64,000 nt of DNA from Fodinibius sp. (GTDB taxonomy: Bacteria; Bacteroidota; Rhodothermia; Balneolales; Balneolaceae): NCBI RefSeq assembly GCF_034521915.1, contig NZ_JAXHLU010000009.1:20896-84895 (forward strand). The letters are read 5' to 3'. Under the pieces are notes generated by a model. The model was not told the origin of the DNA. It ran no database searches and worked only from the letters and a program-made list of their open reading frames with translations. Each line of letters opens with the position of its first letter. Position 1 is the stretch's first letter. Positions 9,025-18,592 of the stretch are shown in pieces. The translations under genes were made by a program, and so were the position numbers.

Positions 9025-10698
9025 CTACTCATTAAAACTATCCGGAAGATCATTTTCATAAAGCACGACATCGCCCTTTTGGGCAAAATCCCGCATCGTT
9101 CGGTTCGCTTCATAAAGACTGTTCACGGACTTAACCTTTTGCATATCAAAATCCATTGAAGCGATTCCCTCTTTAATAGGTTCTGTTCGATTTTGTCCGA
9201 CTAAAATAACCATATCTAAATTAGCTTTCCCGATCTGCTCACCAAATTCCCGGTTCTTTTCCTCTTGCAGATCGCCCAATTCAATCATTCCGGGAGTAAT
9301 GATAATTTTACGTCCATTGTTAAATGCAGCCAGTGTTTCAACGGCATTCTTAGCACCTACCGGATTAGAGTTAAAGGCATCATCAATAACCGTTATGCCG
9401 TTTTGTGATTTCAGCTCCAGGCGGTGTTCAACGGGCTCCATCCGCGAAGCGGCCATTGCCATGGTAGTGAGCCGAAGCCCGAATGATCGTGCAACGCCCA
9501 CAGCCAACAGCATATTCTGTACATTGTGTGATCCCAGCAGTTGCATGGTAAATGACCGCTCTTCATTATCGGTCACAACAGTAAACGTCATTCCTTCCGG
9601 CCCATATTGAATATCTTTTGCACAAATATCTCCTGATTTCAATCCAACATAGGTGACATCCAGATCATCGCGCAGCTCGGCCATGGCCGTAACACGTTCA
9701 TCATCGGCATTAAGTACCGTCTTGCCGTTTGGCTTGGTCCGCTTTACGATAGTGGATTTTGTTCGGGCAATAGCGTCCTGCGAGCCAAATGTTTCGAGAT
9801 GAGCAACGCCAACATTCGTTACAACAGAAATATCCGGTTCGGCGATATCACAGAGCTCATCAATATTACCTTCGTAGCGGGCTCCCATCTCGAGCACAAG
9901 AATTTGGTGACGAGCTTCCAGGTCGTTATTAATGACTTTGCAAATACCCATGGGCGTATTATAACTGCCAGGCGTTGCACAAACAGAGTAACGTTCGCTC
10001 AAAAGATCACGAATCATAAACTTGGTACTCGTTTTCCCGTAACTGCCGGTAATGGCAATAACCGTTAAATCAGGCATTCGGGAAAGCTTCTGCTTGGCCA
10101 ACTTGATAAAATGACGATGTACATATGCTTCTATGGGCTTAGTGATTATTGCAGCTGCAAAAATAAAAAATGGCAGCAGAGCATTTCCAAGCACCCATCC
10201 AAAAGCCAACAGGTACATATCGGCCGCATATAATGCCGAGCTTTTGATCGTCATTTCAGTAAAGGGTATGTATCCTACATAAGAGATATAGGTAACTGCC
10301 ACTGGTATTAAAAGAGATAATATTGCGAAAGGAATCATAAGCCGAATCATCCGAGGAGTAAATACAAGCGGCTTTTTTGATTCTTCACCTCCGTAATAAT
10401 TGAAGGGCCCGAACCAGGAAATCCCAAAAACAGCCAGAATAATAATGGCCGCGCTACCGGTAACCGCATTAGAAAGAAAAATAAGTAACACAAAAATGAT
10501 GACGTTATATAACACGTGTTCTACGGTTATGACGCGCCGATTCCAGTGTTGAACAAGCCAGTGCCAAAACTCGTTGAGCTTATAGCCGTTCTGCTGAAAG
10601 ATGTGTAAAAAATAACGTCCCCTGAGCAGAGTATGTCGTGCCATAACAAGCACAAAACCCAAGATCAGGATATCAATAAAATTTAAATACCAGTTCAA
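9025..10698 (-). CDS. murF: MurF-like Mur ligase with N-terminal multi-TM extension
   Basis: AITGSYGKTSTK, ATPGSYNTPMG, LVLEMGA, VTNVGVAHLETF, VLNADD, DDAFNSNP, ITPGMIELG; the first ~190 aa are hydrophobic helices. TTG start. Confidence 0.8.
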   Translation of the reverse strand: MNWYLNFIDILILGFVLVMARHTLLRGRYFLHIFQQNGYKLNEFWHWLVQHWNRRVITVEHVLYNVIIFVLLIFLSNAVTGSAAIIILAVFGISWFGPFNYYGGEESKKPLVFTPRMIRLMIPFAILSLLIPVAVTYISYVGYIPFTEMTIKSSALYAADMYLLAFGWVLGNALLPFFIFAAAIITKPIEAYVHRHFIKLAKQKLSRMPDLTVIAITGSYGKTSTKFMIRDLLSERYSVCATPGSYNTPMGICKVINNDLEARHQILVLEMGARYEGNIDELCDIAEPDISVVTNVGVAHLETFGSQDAIARTKSTIVKRTKPNGKTVLNADDERVTAMAELRDDLDVTYVGLKSGDICAKDIQYGPEGMTFTVVTDNEERSFTMQLLGSHNVQNMLLAVGVARSFGLRLTTMAMAASRMEPVEHRLELKSQNGITVIDDAFNSNPVGAKNAVETLAAFNNGRKIIITPGMIELGDLQEEKNREFGEQIGKANLDMVILVGQNRTEPIKEGIASMDFDMQKVKSVNSLYEANRTMRDFAQKGDVVLYENDLPDSFNE

Positions 10699-10818
10699 TA
10701 TGCAGCAGTTTGATTAAAGAGATTGCAAATGATGAATGGTCGCTAAAGTTTGGAACATCCGTTATATTAACGCGCTAGATAAAATAGATAATCTTTCATC
10801 TAAAATTTGTTCAAATAT

Positions 10819-11826
10819 ATGAAATTAATAATCCCAATGGCAGGTCGAGGCACGAGAGTTCGACCCCATTCACATACCGTTCCCAAACCATTGCTGCCCG
10901 TCGCCGGAAAGATGATTGTGGAACGCATAGTAGAGACGTTTGCGCGCACGCTTGATCGCAACATCGATGAAATTGTATTTATTCTTGGTCCTGATTTTGG
11001 TCAGGAGATTAAAGATGCTCTAAAAGCAATGAGCGACCGCCAGGATGCCAAAGCCACTTTTCGTGTTCAGGAATCGGCGGAAGGCACAGCCCATGCGGTG
11101 TATTGCGCCGAAGAGGATCTTGATGGCGAATGCATTATTGTTTTTGCTGATACCATTTTTGATATGGAAGGTTCTGTTTCGATTGAAGATGCCGACAGCG
11201 TTGTCTGGCTGAAAGAAGTGGAAGATCCCTCCCGTTTTGGTGTAGCCGTAGAGAAAGATGGGAAGATTACGGATTTCGTTGAAAAACCCGATGAACCAAT
11301 CTCAAATCTGGCAATAATCGGTGTCTATTACTTTAAAGATGGCACCGAACTCAAAAAAGAGATTGAATACCTGCTGGATAACGATATTCGCGGAAAGGGC
11401 AATGAATTCCAGCTTACCGATGCCCTTGATCGCCTGCTAAAGGATGATAAAGTGTTTAAGAAAGCGACGGTTGATCAGTGGCTGGACTGCGGCACATTAC
11501 CGGCCTGGAGAGAAACGTCCGGTATTATTACGGAGAAAGAGTACGAGGGAATTGACGAACACCGCTTTCCCGACACTAAAATTATTCCTCCCGTGTATAT
11601 TGGGGATGATGTGGAACTTGAAAACTGCATTATTGGACCCAAAGCCAGTATTGCCGAGGGTTCAAAACTCAAAAAGTGCACGGTTAAAAACAGCCTGATT
11701 CAAGAACATGCACAGCTAGAAGACTGCAAAATTGAGAATTCAACCATCGGTCGACATGTGGAACTCAAAGATGTAGATCAGGAAGTGCACCTTGGCGATC
11801 ACACAAAAATTGGGGTAGAGGTATAG
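10819..11826 (+). CDS. Sugar-phosphate nucleotidyltransferase with C-terminal left-handed beta-helix
   Basis: IIPMAGRGTRVRPHSHTVPKPLLPVAGK, GTAHAV, DPSRFGV, FVEKP, WLDCG; hexapeptide-like tail. Likely ATG at 10819. Confidence 0.88.
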   Translation: MKLIIPMAGRGTRVRPHSHTVPKPLLPVAGKMIVERIVETFARTLDRNIDEIVFILGPDFGQEIKDALKAMSDRQDAKATFRVQESAEGTAHAVYCAEEDLDGECIIVFADTIFDMEGSVSIEDADSVVWLKEVEDPSRFGVAVEKDGKITDFVEKPDEPISNLAIIGVYYFKDGTELKKEIEYLLDNDIRGKGNEFQLTDALDRLLKDDKVFKKATVDQWLDCGTLPAWRETSGIITEKEYEGIDEHRFPDTKIIPPVYIGDDVELENCIIGPKASIAEGSKLKKCTVKNSLIQEHAQLEDCKIENSTIGRHVELKDVDQEVHLGDHTKIGVEV

Positions 11827-11837
11827 GCTATATCACG

Positions 11838-11861
11838 AGCGCGGGATTTAAATCCCGCGCT
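11838..11861. repeat. Perfect 24-bp palindrome
   Basis: agcgcgggatttaaatcccgcgct. Confidence 0.8.
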
Positions 11862-11913
11862 AATTTATGATCTTTGATCACAGCCTGGGGATTGAACTTC
11901 AGTCAATCTTTTT

Positions 11914-11954
11914 GATAGAAATGCCCGGCACTTCGAAAGTGCCGGGCATTTATC
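11914..11954. repeat. GATAG..CACTTCGAAAGTG REP-like palindrome
   Basis: 15-bp perfect arms aaatgcccggcactt / aagtgccgggcattt around cga, bounded by gatag and tatc. Confidence 0.8.
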
Positions 11955-12149
11955 ATCGATAAAAAGTTGTGAAGGAGTTGAACTTCTGAGCCCTCTGGTA
12001 ACGGGAGTACGACTCCCTCTTAGCTTTAAAGTTGAACAAAACCCTTAAAAACTCCCGAGTCTTCGGATAATGGGAATAAACTATTTTTAAAAGCGTGTTT
12101 TAGCTAGCTTTTATTCTCATTACTCACATCTCATGACTCGATACTATTA

Positions 12150-13082
12150 CTAAATAAAATCTTCGAGCGGTCGATTCTGATCCGCATCTTTTAAGGTATC
12201 ATGCACCTCCTCATGGCTACCCTCCGGCTCCAGGTGGATCGTAACAATGACATCCCCCTTAACCGCATTTATAAGACGTTTTTCCAGTAGTGTTGACTCA
12301 TCGTGCGCCTGTTCCAGATTTACGTTTTCCTTAAAGATGGCATGGAATTCAATCCAGGTTGTATTGCCGGTGGTACGGTGACGCAAGTTATGAACGTTAA
12401 TCATAGATCCCGGCAGTTCTCTGGATAATTCTTCGCGGATAGCTTTATCTACTTCCGGATCACGGGAATCCATAAGTCCATCTACCGAATATTTGAGCAG
12501 TTTGAACCCCTCGTACATTATATAAAAGGCCAGTGAAATAGCGACCAAAGAATCCAGGATAAGAAAATCTGTAAACTTAATAATGAGCAGCGTGGCCACC
12601 GCCCCGGCGCTGGTCCATACATCGGTAAGGGTGTGCTTGGCATTACTAACAACAATCATATTTTCTTCGCGCCGACCGACTTTTAGCAAATAACTGCCTA
12701 AGGCAAGATTCACAATCCCCGCACCGCCAATGAGGTAAACGCCGATCATCAACTCGCGCAAATTATATCCATACAGGTAGTTTTCGACAGATTGATAAAT
12801 AATAGTAATTCCTGCAAGGGTGATAACAGCACCTTCAATTCCCACAGACAAGAACTCGACGCGTTCGTGTCCATAAAGATGTTTTTCATCCGCAGGTTTG
12901 GTGCTCAACAGTAATCCGTAATACACAAAAGCAACGGCAAGAACATGGATCACTGATTCTGCGGCATCGGACAATGCGGTATTCGAACCGGTGATACCAA
13001 AGCCTGTCACTTTAAGCGACAGGGAAAGAACCGATACCAGTAGGCTAATGCGTAAGGCTGTTTTTGCGGGTGATATTTTCAC
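12150..13082 (-). CDS. Cation diffusion facilitator transporter (FieF-like)
   Basis: ALSDAAES, KPADEKHLYGHERVE, HTLTDVW, C-terminal cytoplasmic domain IHLEP. Confidence 0.9.
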   Translation of the reverse strand: MKISPAKTALRISLLVSVLSLSLKVTGFGITGSNTALSDAAESVIHVLAVAFVYYGLLLSTKPADEKHLYGHERVEFLSVGIEGAVITLAGITIIYQSVENYLYGYNLRELMIGVYLIGGAGIVNLALGSYLLKVGRREENMIVVSNAKHTLTDVWTSAGAVATLLIIKFTDFLILDSLVAISLAFYIMYEGFKLLKYSVDGLMDSRDPEVDKAIREELSRELPGSMINVHNLRHRTTGNTTWIEFHAIFKENVNLEQAHDESTLLEKRLINAVKGDVIVTIHLEPEGSHEEVHDTLKDADQNRPLEDFI

Positions 13083-13193
13083 TAACGATTTTAAAAAGTG
13101 TAGGTTAAAACGGAGCTAAAAGATTACGCAAAGAATACCTGAAAGCAAGTGTATTTGTTCTTATTTTTACGCTCGTTTTATGACAAGTAATTA

Positions 13194-14627
13194 ATGAAAG
13201 ACAGCGAAGTGAAAGATATCCCTCCCAAGCATCAGAACGTATTTAAAGAAATATCAGAGGCCGGAAAAACGGTTGACCAAGAGGTATATGTCGTTGGAGG
13301 CTATGTGCGCGATTTCTATCTCAATCGTACCAAAGATGCCGATAAACTGGATATAGATTTTGTGACGGTGGGATCGGGTATTGACCTGGCTCAAGAAATT
13401 GCCGATCGCCTGAATGCCGATAACCTTTCGGTATATAAGCAGTTTGGAACCGCGCACATCAGGCACGATGATATGGATCTGGAATTTGTGGGAGCACGCA
13501 AGGAAAGTTACCGAAGTGATTCCCGCAAGCCTATCGTAGAGGACGGTACGCTGGAGGACGATCAGCTGCGCCGCGATTTTACGATCAACGCGCTTTCCTG
13601 GTCGCTCAATGAGGAAAACTATGGGCAGCTTGTAGATCCCTTTGGCGGCATACAGGATCTAAAAAAGAAGCTTATTCGCACGCCGGTTGATCCACTCAAA
13701 ACCTTTGAGGATGATCCCCTGCGGATGATGCGTGCTATCCGTTTTGCCACACAGCTACAGTTTGATATCGAAGAACAAACCTACCGCGGCATCGAAGAAA
13801 TGGCCGAGCGCATCGAAATTATCTCCAAAGAGCGTATTATAGAGGAGCTAAACAAAATTGTGCTGGCCGAAAAGCCCTCTATTGGATTCAACCATCTATT
13901 TAAAACGGGCCTGCTGGAACATTTCTTTCCCGAGATGGTAAAGCTGCACGGCGTTGAGGAGGTACGAGGTGTTCGTCATAAAGACAACTTCTGGCATACG
14001 CTCAAAGTACTCGACAATGTGGCTGAAATGGGTGGAGATTTGTGGCTTCGATGGGCGGCAATTATGCACGATATTGCTAAACCGGCTACTCAGAAATTTG
14101 TGGAGGGTACGGGCTGGACATTTCACGGTCACGATGCTCTGGGTGCCAAATGGGTTAAACCTATTTTTCGGCGATTGGGGCTGCCGCTCGATGAGCGGAT
14201 GAGGTACGTTCGCAAGTTGGTACGCCTGCATTTGCGTCCCATTGCTCTTGTTTCTGATGATGTAACCGACAGTGCCGTGCGTCGCCTTATTTACGAAGCC
14301 GGCGACGATATTGACGATCTGATGACTCTTTGCCGTGCTGATATCACCAGTAAAAATGATTACAAAGTAAAGCAGTACAACCGCAACTTTGATTATGTAG
14401 AAAAGAAAATCGAAGAGGTTGAAAAGAAAGATCGTATTCGCAATTGGACGAATCCAATCAGCGGGGATGAAATTATGGAAGCCTTAGACTTAAAACCCGG
14501 TCCCGTTATCGGGGATATCAAAGATGCGATCAAAGAAGCTATTTTGGATGGCGAAATTCCAAACGAGCGCGATGCCGCTTATAATTATATGATTGAAATT
14601 AAAGACCAGTTTTTAGAAGAGGAATAA
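13194..14627 (+). CDS. cca: CCA tRNA nucleotidyltransferase / poly(A) polymerase family with HD domain
   Basis: YVVGGYVRD, DIDF, DDQLRRDFTINA, EDDPLRMMRAIRFA, ISKERIIEEL, MHDIAKP, FHGH. Confidence 0.9.
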   Translation: MKDSEVKDIPPKHQNVFKEISEAGKTVDQEVYVVGGYVRDFYLNRTKDADKLDIDFVTVGSGIDLAQEIADRLNADNLSVYKQFGTAHIRHDDMDLEFVGARKESYRSDSRKPIVEDGTLEDDQLRRDFTINALSWSLNEENYGQLVDPFGGIQDLKKKLIRTPVDPLKTFEDDPLRMMRAIRFATQLQFDIEEQTYRGIEEMAERIEIISKERIIEELNKIVLAEKPSIGFNHLFKTGLLEHFFPEMVKLHGVEEVRGVRHKDNFWHTLKVLDNVAEMGGDLWLRWAAIMHDIAKPATQKFVEGTGWTFHGHDALGAKWVKPIFRRLGLPLDERMRYVRKLVRLHLRPIALVSDDVTDSAVRRLIYEAGDDIDDLMTLCRADITSKNDYKVKQYNRNFDYVEKKIEEVEKKDRIRNWTNPISGDEIMEALDLKPGPVIGDIKDAIKEAILDGEIPNERDAAYNYMIEIKDQFLEEE

Positions 14628-14788
14628 GCTAAATAACGGTTTATACTTTGCGGATTTTAGGTGGTAGATCCGAAAAGTTTGTGCAGGAAATAAAAAATGG
14701 TTTAAAAACTCTAATGATATATTAATTAAAACGCGTTTTTCGGTTGAAATGTAGTCTTTTGTGTCAACCACCCCTGCCCCCTCCTTTA

Positions 14789-16111
14789 TGTACAGACTTG
14801 GGACATCCTTTACAGGTGTTCGGAAACATGGTTTACACTTCTAAGTTCAACAATTTTGGGTACTCTTTGGCTAAAAAGGAGGTCAAGTGCCCTGGAAAAA
14901 CCAGCAAACGACCATGGAATTACGAGCCGAATTTGTACAATTAGCAGATCAACCAACCGCAAATATGAGCCAGTTGTGTCGCCGCTTTGGCATTAGCCGC
15001 CCAACGGGATATAAATGGTTACGACGATGGCGCCAAGAAGGGAAACCCGGACTGGCCGATCGGTGTCGGCGGCCCCACCACTCTCTGAATAAAACACCGG
15101 AGCATATCGAAGCGGTCATTATCCAGGCGCGCAGGCGGTTCCCCGGCTGGGGCGGACGTAAGCTGCGCCGCTGGATTCGCAACAAAATCGATGATGGCAC
15201 CTTCGGCCTTTCGGTCGAGCAGCTGCCTGCCCCGTCGACGATTACTCGTATTCTCGACCGCCATAACCTATTGGGGAATCCATCTGAGACAAGGCGCAAT
15301 AAAACGTATAAGCGGTTCGAGCGGGATCGTCCGAACCAACTCTGGCAGCTCGACTTTAAGGGGGAGTTTCCGCTGATGGGCGGCCAACTATGTTATCCGC
15401 TGACGCTGGTCGATGATCATTCCCGGTTCTGTGTTTTGCTGCAGGCTTGCCAGAACCAGCGGCGGGAAACCGTACAACAACTGTTAGAGACCGCCTTCCG
15501 CCGGTATGGACTCCCAAAAGCGATTCTTCTCGATAATGGTCCGCCATGGGGAGCCGGGATAGGGTGGAGAGCTGATGGTCCGTACTATACTGGTCTGACC
15601 GCCTGGCTAATGCTATCGGGGATTAAGGTCATTTATGCACGGCCGGGTCAACCGCAAACAAAAGGAAAAAACGAACGATTTAATGGGACCCTGCAGGCAG
15701 AGGTGTTGGAGTGGCGACAATTTTCTGGCTGGCCTGAGCTCAACCAGAGCTTTACCCGTTGGCGGCGAATATACAATACCGAACGTCCGCATGAGGCGTT
15801 GGACATGGAAGTGCCAGCTCGCCATTTCCAGCCAAGTCCGATGGACTTTCCCACCAAGCTACCGGAGGTTAGCTATGGTCCCGACGACCAGCAACGAAAG
15901 GTAGATATAGACGGAAGAATAAGCTTCCAAGGAGACGAATATCGCGTGGGCAAGGCCTTTGGTGGTTATCCTGTGGCCCTTCGGCCGAATGGTCAGCCCG
16001 AGAAGTGGAACGTATATTTTTGTCATCAACACATTCGAACCATACATTTAACGGACTAAATGTGTAAACTATCTCCCAAAACAGGTGTTAACCATGTCTC
16101 CGGTCTTTACA
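14789..16111 (+). mobile_element. IS481-family insertion sequence
   Basis: TGT...ACA ends; 26-bp imperfect IR (tgtacagacttgggacatcctttaca vs reverse complement tgtaaagaccggagacatggttaaca) with a second internal repeat unit; 5-bp direct repeat CTTTA at 14784-14788 and 16112-16116. Confidence 0.92.
14887..16059 (+). CDS. IS481-family transposase
   Basis: GTG start MPWKNQQTTMELRAEFV; LCRRFGISRPTGYKWLRR; WGGRKL; DDE core WQLDFKG / LLDNGPPW / KGKNERFNGTL; YNTERPHEAL. Confidence 0.95.
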   Translation: MPWKNQQTTMELRAEFVQLADQPTANMSQLCRRFGISRPTGYKWLRRWRQEGKPGLADRCRRPHHSLNKTPEHIEAVIIQARRRFPGWGGRKLRRWIRNKIDDGTFGLSVEQLPAPSTITRILDRHNLLGNPSETRRNKTYKRFERDRPNQLWQLDFKGEFPLMGGQLCYPLTLVDDHSRFCVLLQACQNQRRETVQQLLETAFRRYGLPKAILLDNGPPWGAGIGWRADGPYYTGLTAWLMLSGIKVIYARPGQPQTKGKNERFNGTLQAEVLEWRQFSGWPELNQSFTRWRRIYNTERPHEALDMEVPARHFQPSPMDFPTKLPEVSYGPDDQQRKVDIDGRISFQGDEYRVGKAFGGYPVALRPNGQPEKWNVYFCHQHIRTIHLTD

Positions 16112-16266
16112 CTTTAAAAGGAGGGGGAAAAGTGGCAACTAGGAGTTTCTCCCCTTATGAAGGGGAGATTAAGAGGGGTTGTTTAAGTACATGGATTATA
16201 TCTCAACCGTACAATACGCTACTTTAAATTATTGTTATTTAATAATGATAGTATACCCTTAGCATC

Positions 16267-16338
16267 AAAACCCCGAGGGTCTAAAATTATCATAAGTTAT
16301 TATTGGATTTTCTGAGTTTTGCAAAGACCTCAGGGTTT
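16267..16338. repeat. Inverted pair of aaaccc..ggtct REP-like units
   Basis: aaaaccccgagggtct (16267-16282) and agacctcagggttt (16325-16338), imperfectly inverted. Confidence 0.5.
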
Positions 16339-16360
16339 AACGCAAATAAAATTATGTTAT

Positions 16361-17236
16361 ATGGCTAACGACGTCTGGATTGCCGATTCGTATGCGAAAA
16401 TCAATTTAGGATTGCACGTTCTGGAACGCCTGCCCACCGGTTATCACGCCATAGAAACAGGAATGTGTTTTCTAGAATGGCGCGATCATTTTGAGGTAAA
16501 AAAGGCTCCGGAAATGAAGCTGGAGATGGATGATGAGCATATCCCTACTGATGAAAGCAACCTCATAAACAAAGCTATAGAAACGCTTGATAGATACATC
16601 GGCCTGCAGCATAATTATTTAATTCGCGTTGACAAACGAATTCCTGCAGGGGCCGGACTTGGCGGCGGCAGCAGTAATGCAGCACTTACGCTGCGGATGC
16701 TTAACAAAATTGAGGAACTGGGACTTACTGACGATGAACTCATTGACTTGAGCCGCGATCTCGGAGCCGATGTCCCTTTCTTTATCAAAGGGAAACCTGG
16801 CATTGCCAAGGGCATTGGTCATGAAATTGAACAGCTGGACTTACAACCTAATTTCTGGATTGTTACCTGCTTTCCCAATGAGCAGAGCAGTACGGCCGAA
16901 GCGTATCAAAACTGTGTGCCCGATCCTGAGCCAGAATTCGATCTTAAGAAGATACTTACCGAAGAAGATATTGACGAATGGCAATTCATCCTCAATAATG
17001 ATCTGGAGAAATCAGTGTTTCCGCGCATTAATGTATCCGGGAATATGAAAGATCAGATGTATGAATTTGGGGCTACCTATGCTTCGATGACGGGAAGCGG
17101 CTCAGCAGTGTACGGCATTTTTGAGCAGGATTTTGTGGCAACCAATGCTTATAAGGGATTATTAGAACTGGACTTCCCAACGAATTTAACGCGTCCCGGC
17201 TTTAAACCTGATTACGGGATTTACCGAAAAGCATGA
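16361..17236 (+). CDS. ispE: 4-diphosphocytidyl-2-C-methyl-D-erythritol kinase
   Basis: YAKINLGLHV, KRIPAGAGLGGGSSNAA, LGADVPFF, NDLE, MTGSGSAVYG. Likely ATG at 16361. Confidence 0.95.
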   Translation: MANDVWIADSYAKINLGLHVLERLPTGYHAIETGMCFLEWRDHFEVKKAPEMKLEMDDEHIPTDESNLINKAIETLDRYIGLQHNYLIRVDKRIPAGAGLGGGSSNAALTLRMLNKIEELGLTDDELIDLSRDLGADVPFFIKGKPGIAKGIGHEIEQLDLQPNFWIVTCFPNEQSSTAEAYQNCVPDPEPEFDLKKILTEEDIDEWQFILNNDLEKSVFPRINVSGNMKDQMYEFGATYASMTGSGSAVYGIFEQDFVATNAYKGLLELDFPTNLTRPGFKPDYGIYRKA

Positions 17237-17308
17237 AATAAATTGTAAATATTAAGAGATATACAACAAGATGCCTGGCATTTCAACAGTGTCGGGTATC
17301 TTAATAAT

Positions 17309-18508
17309 ATGGCCGACAAGAAAAAGGAAGTCTTTTTCATCATATTTTCTCTTTGGTTATTGGTCTTTGCCGCCAGCAGCCAAATTATGATTATTGCGCC
17401 TATCCTCCCGCGCATCAGTGAGCAACTGGCTGTTTCAGAAGCGCTGCTCGGCACCCTTGTTACCGCTTATGCTGTAATGGTTGGCATCTGTGCTTTGATT
17501 ACAGGACCCATTTCTGACAAGATTGGTCGGCGCAAAATATTACTTATAGGCACGGGACTTATGACATTCTCCCTGTTCCTTCATGGCTTTGTCTTCAATT
17601 TTACGAGTTTCTTGTTTGTACGGGGATTGGCGGGCGCTGCCGGCGGAATTCTCAGTGGCGCATCGGTTTCTTATGTGGGAGATTATTTCCCCTACGAGCG
17701 ACGCGGGTGGGCGAATGGATGGATCATGAGTGGCATCGCCATGGGACAAATTTTGGGAATACCTATAGGTACCATTTTAGCAGAATATTTTGGTTTTCGA
17801 GCCCCATTTCTTGCTTTTGCCATTCTCATGTTGCTAGCCCTACTGTTAATTTGGCTTACCGTCCCACAACCGGATATCAAACTCCAGAAAGCAAAAATTA
17901 CAGTAGTCGGATCCATCCGAAAATACCTGATTATGCTTCGCAAGCCCGAAATTATTGCTTCAGCCGTTAGTTATTTTCTGATGTTTTTAAGCCTGTCGGT
18001 GTATGTGATTTACCTGCCCACCTGGTTAGAAACTACTTTCAATGTATCCGGAAATGAAATAGCTTCACTCTTTTTGGTGGGTGGGATCGCAAATGTCGTA
18101 ACCGGACCACAGGCAGGAAAACTTTCAGATCTGTGGGGACGAAAAAGCATTATCATTATCTCTTGCATTGGGTTAGCTCTGGTTATGGGGCTGACCATTC
18201 CCCTTGTTCAATCGTTCTGGGTAGCCTATGTGCTATTTTTTGTGATTATGATTCTGGTGGCCATGCGAATAAGTCCGTTCCAGGCACTTACCACGGAGTT
18301 GGTTTCGGGGCGCAAGAGGGGTACGCTAATGAGTCTACTCGTAGCTATTGGTCAGGTCGGATATGGGATAGGCGGCACCATTGCCGGACCTGCTTATGTA
18401 TCACAGGGATATATTAGCAATACACTGATTGGAGCTGCTATGATCTTGGGAATGGCCTTGATCGTTTGGAAATATCTTCCCGAACCTGAGCTAAAACATT
18501 CCAATTAA
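17309..18508 (+). CDS. MFS transporter (DHA1/AraJ-like)
   Basis: About 12 hydrophobic helices; GPISDKIGRRKIL and GKLSDLWGRK motif A copies. Confidence 0.9.
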   Translation: MADKKKEVFFIIFSLWLLVFAASSQIMIIAPILPRISEQLAVSEALLGTLVTAYAVMVGICALITGPISDKIGRRKILLIGTGLMTFSLFLHGFVFNFTSFLFVRGLAGAAGGILSGASVSYVGDYFPYERRGWANGWIMSGIAMGQILGIPIGTILAEYFGFRAPFLAFAILMLLALLLIWLTVPQPDIKLQKAKITVVGSIRKYLIMLRKPEIIASAVSYFLMFLSLSVYVIYLPTWLETTFNVSGNEIASLFLVGGIANVVTGPQAGKLSDLWGRKSIIIISCIGLALVMGLTIPLVQSFWVAYVLFFVIMILVAMRISPFQALTTELVSGRKRGTLMSLLVAIGQVGYGIGGTIAGPAYVSQGYISNTLIGAAMILGMALIVWKYLPEPELKHSN

Positions 18509-18592
18509 TTTACTTCATTTTCCGTTTTTAATTCTTGTATTTTCCTCATTACTTATCTCGTCACTAATTTAGCAACCTAATTGTCTTTTCAG

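Larger units (their letters stand above)
14771..16180. repeat. CCCCT..AGGGG REP-like doublet, first unit split by IS481
   Basis: Arms ccccctccttt (14777-14787) and aaaggaggggg (16117-16127) are exact reverse complements once the IS is removed; second, oppositely oriented unit tctccccttatgaaggggagattaagaggggtt at 16148-16180. Confidence 0.75.

Noticed and set aside
14744-14944. 66-aa ORF spanning the IS481 left end
   Set aside because: Crosses the host/IS junction and reads through the IR; chance ORF.
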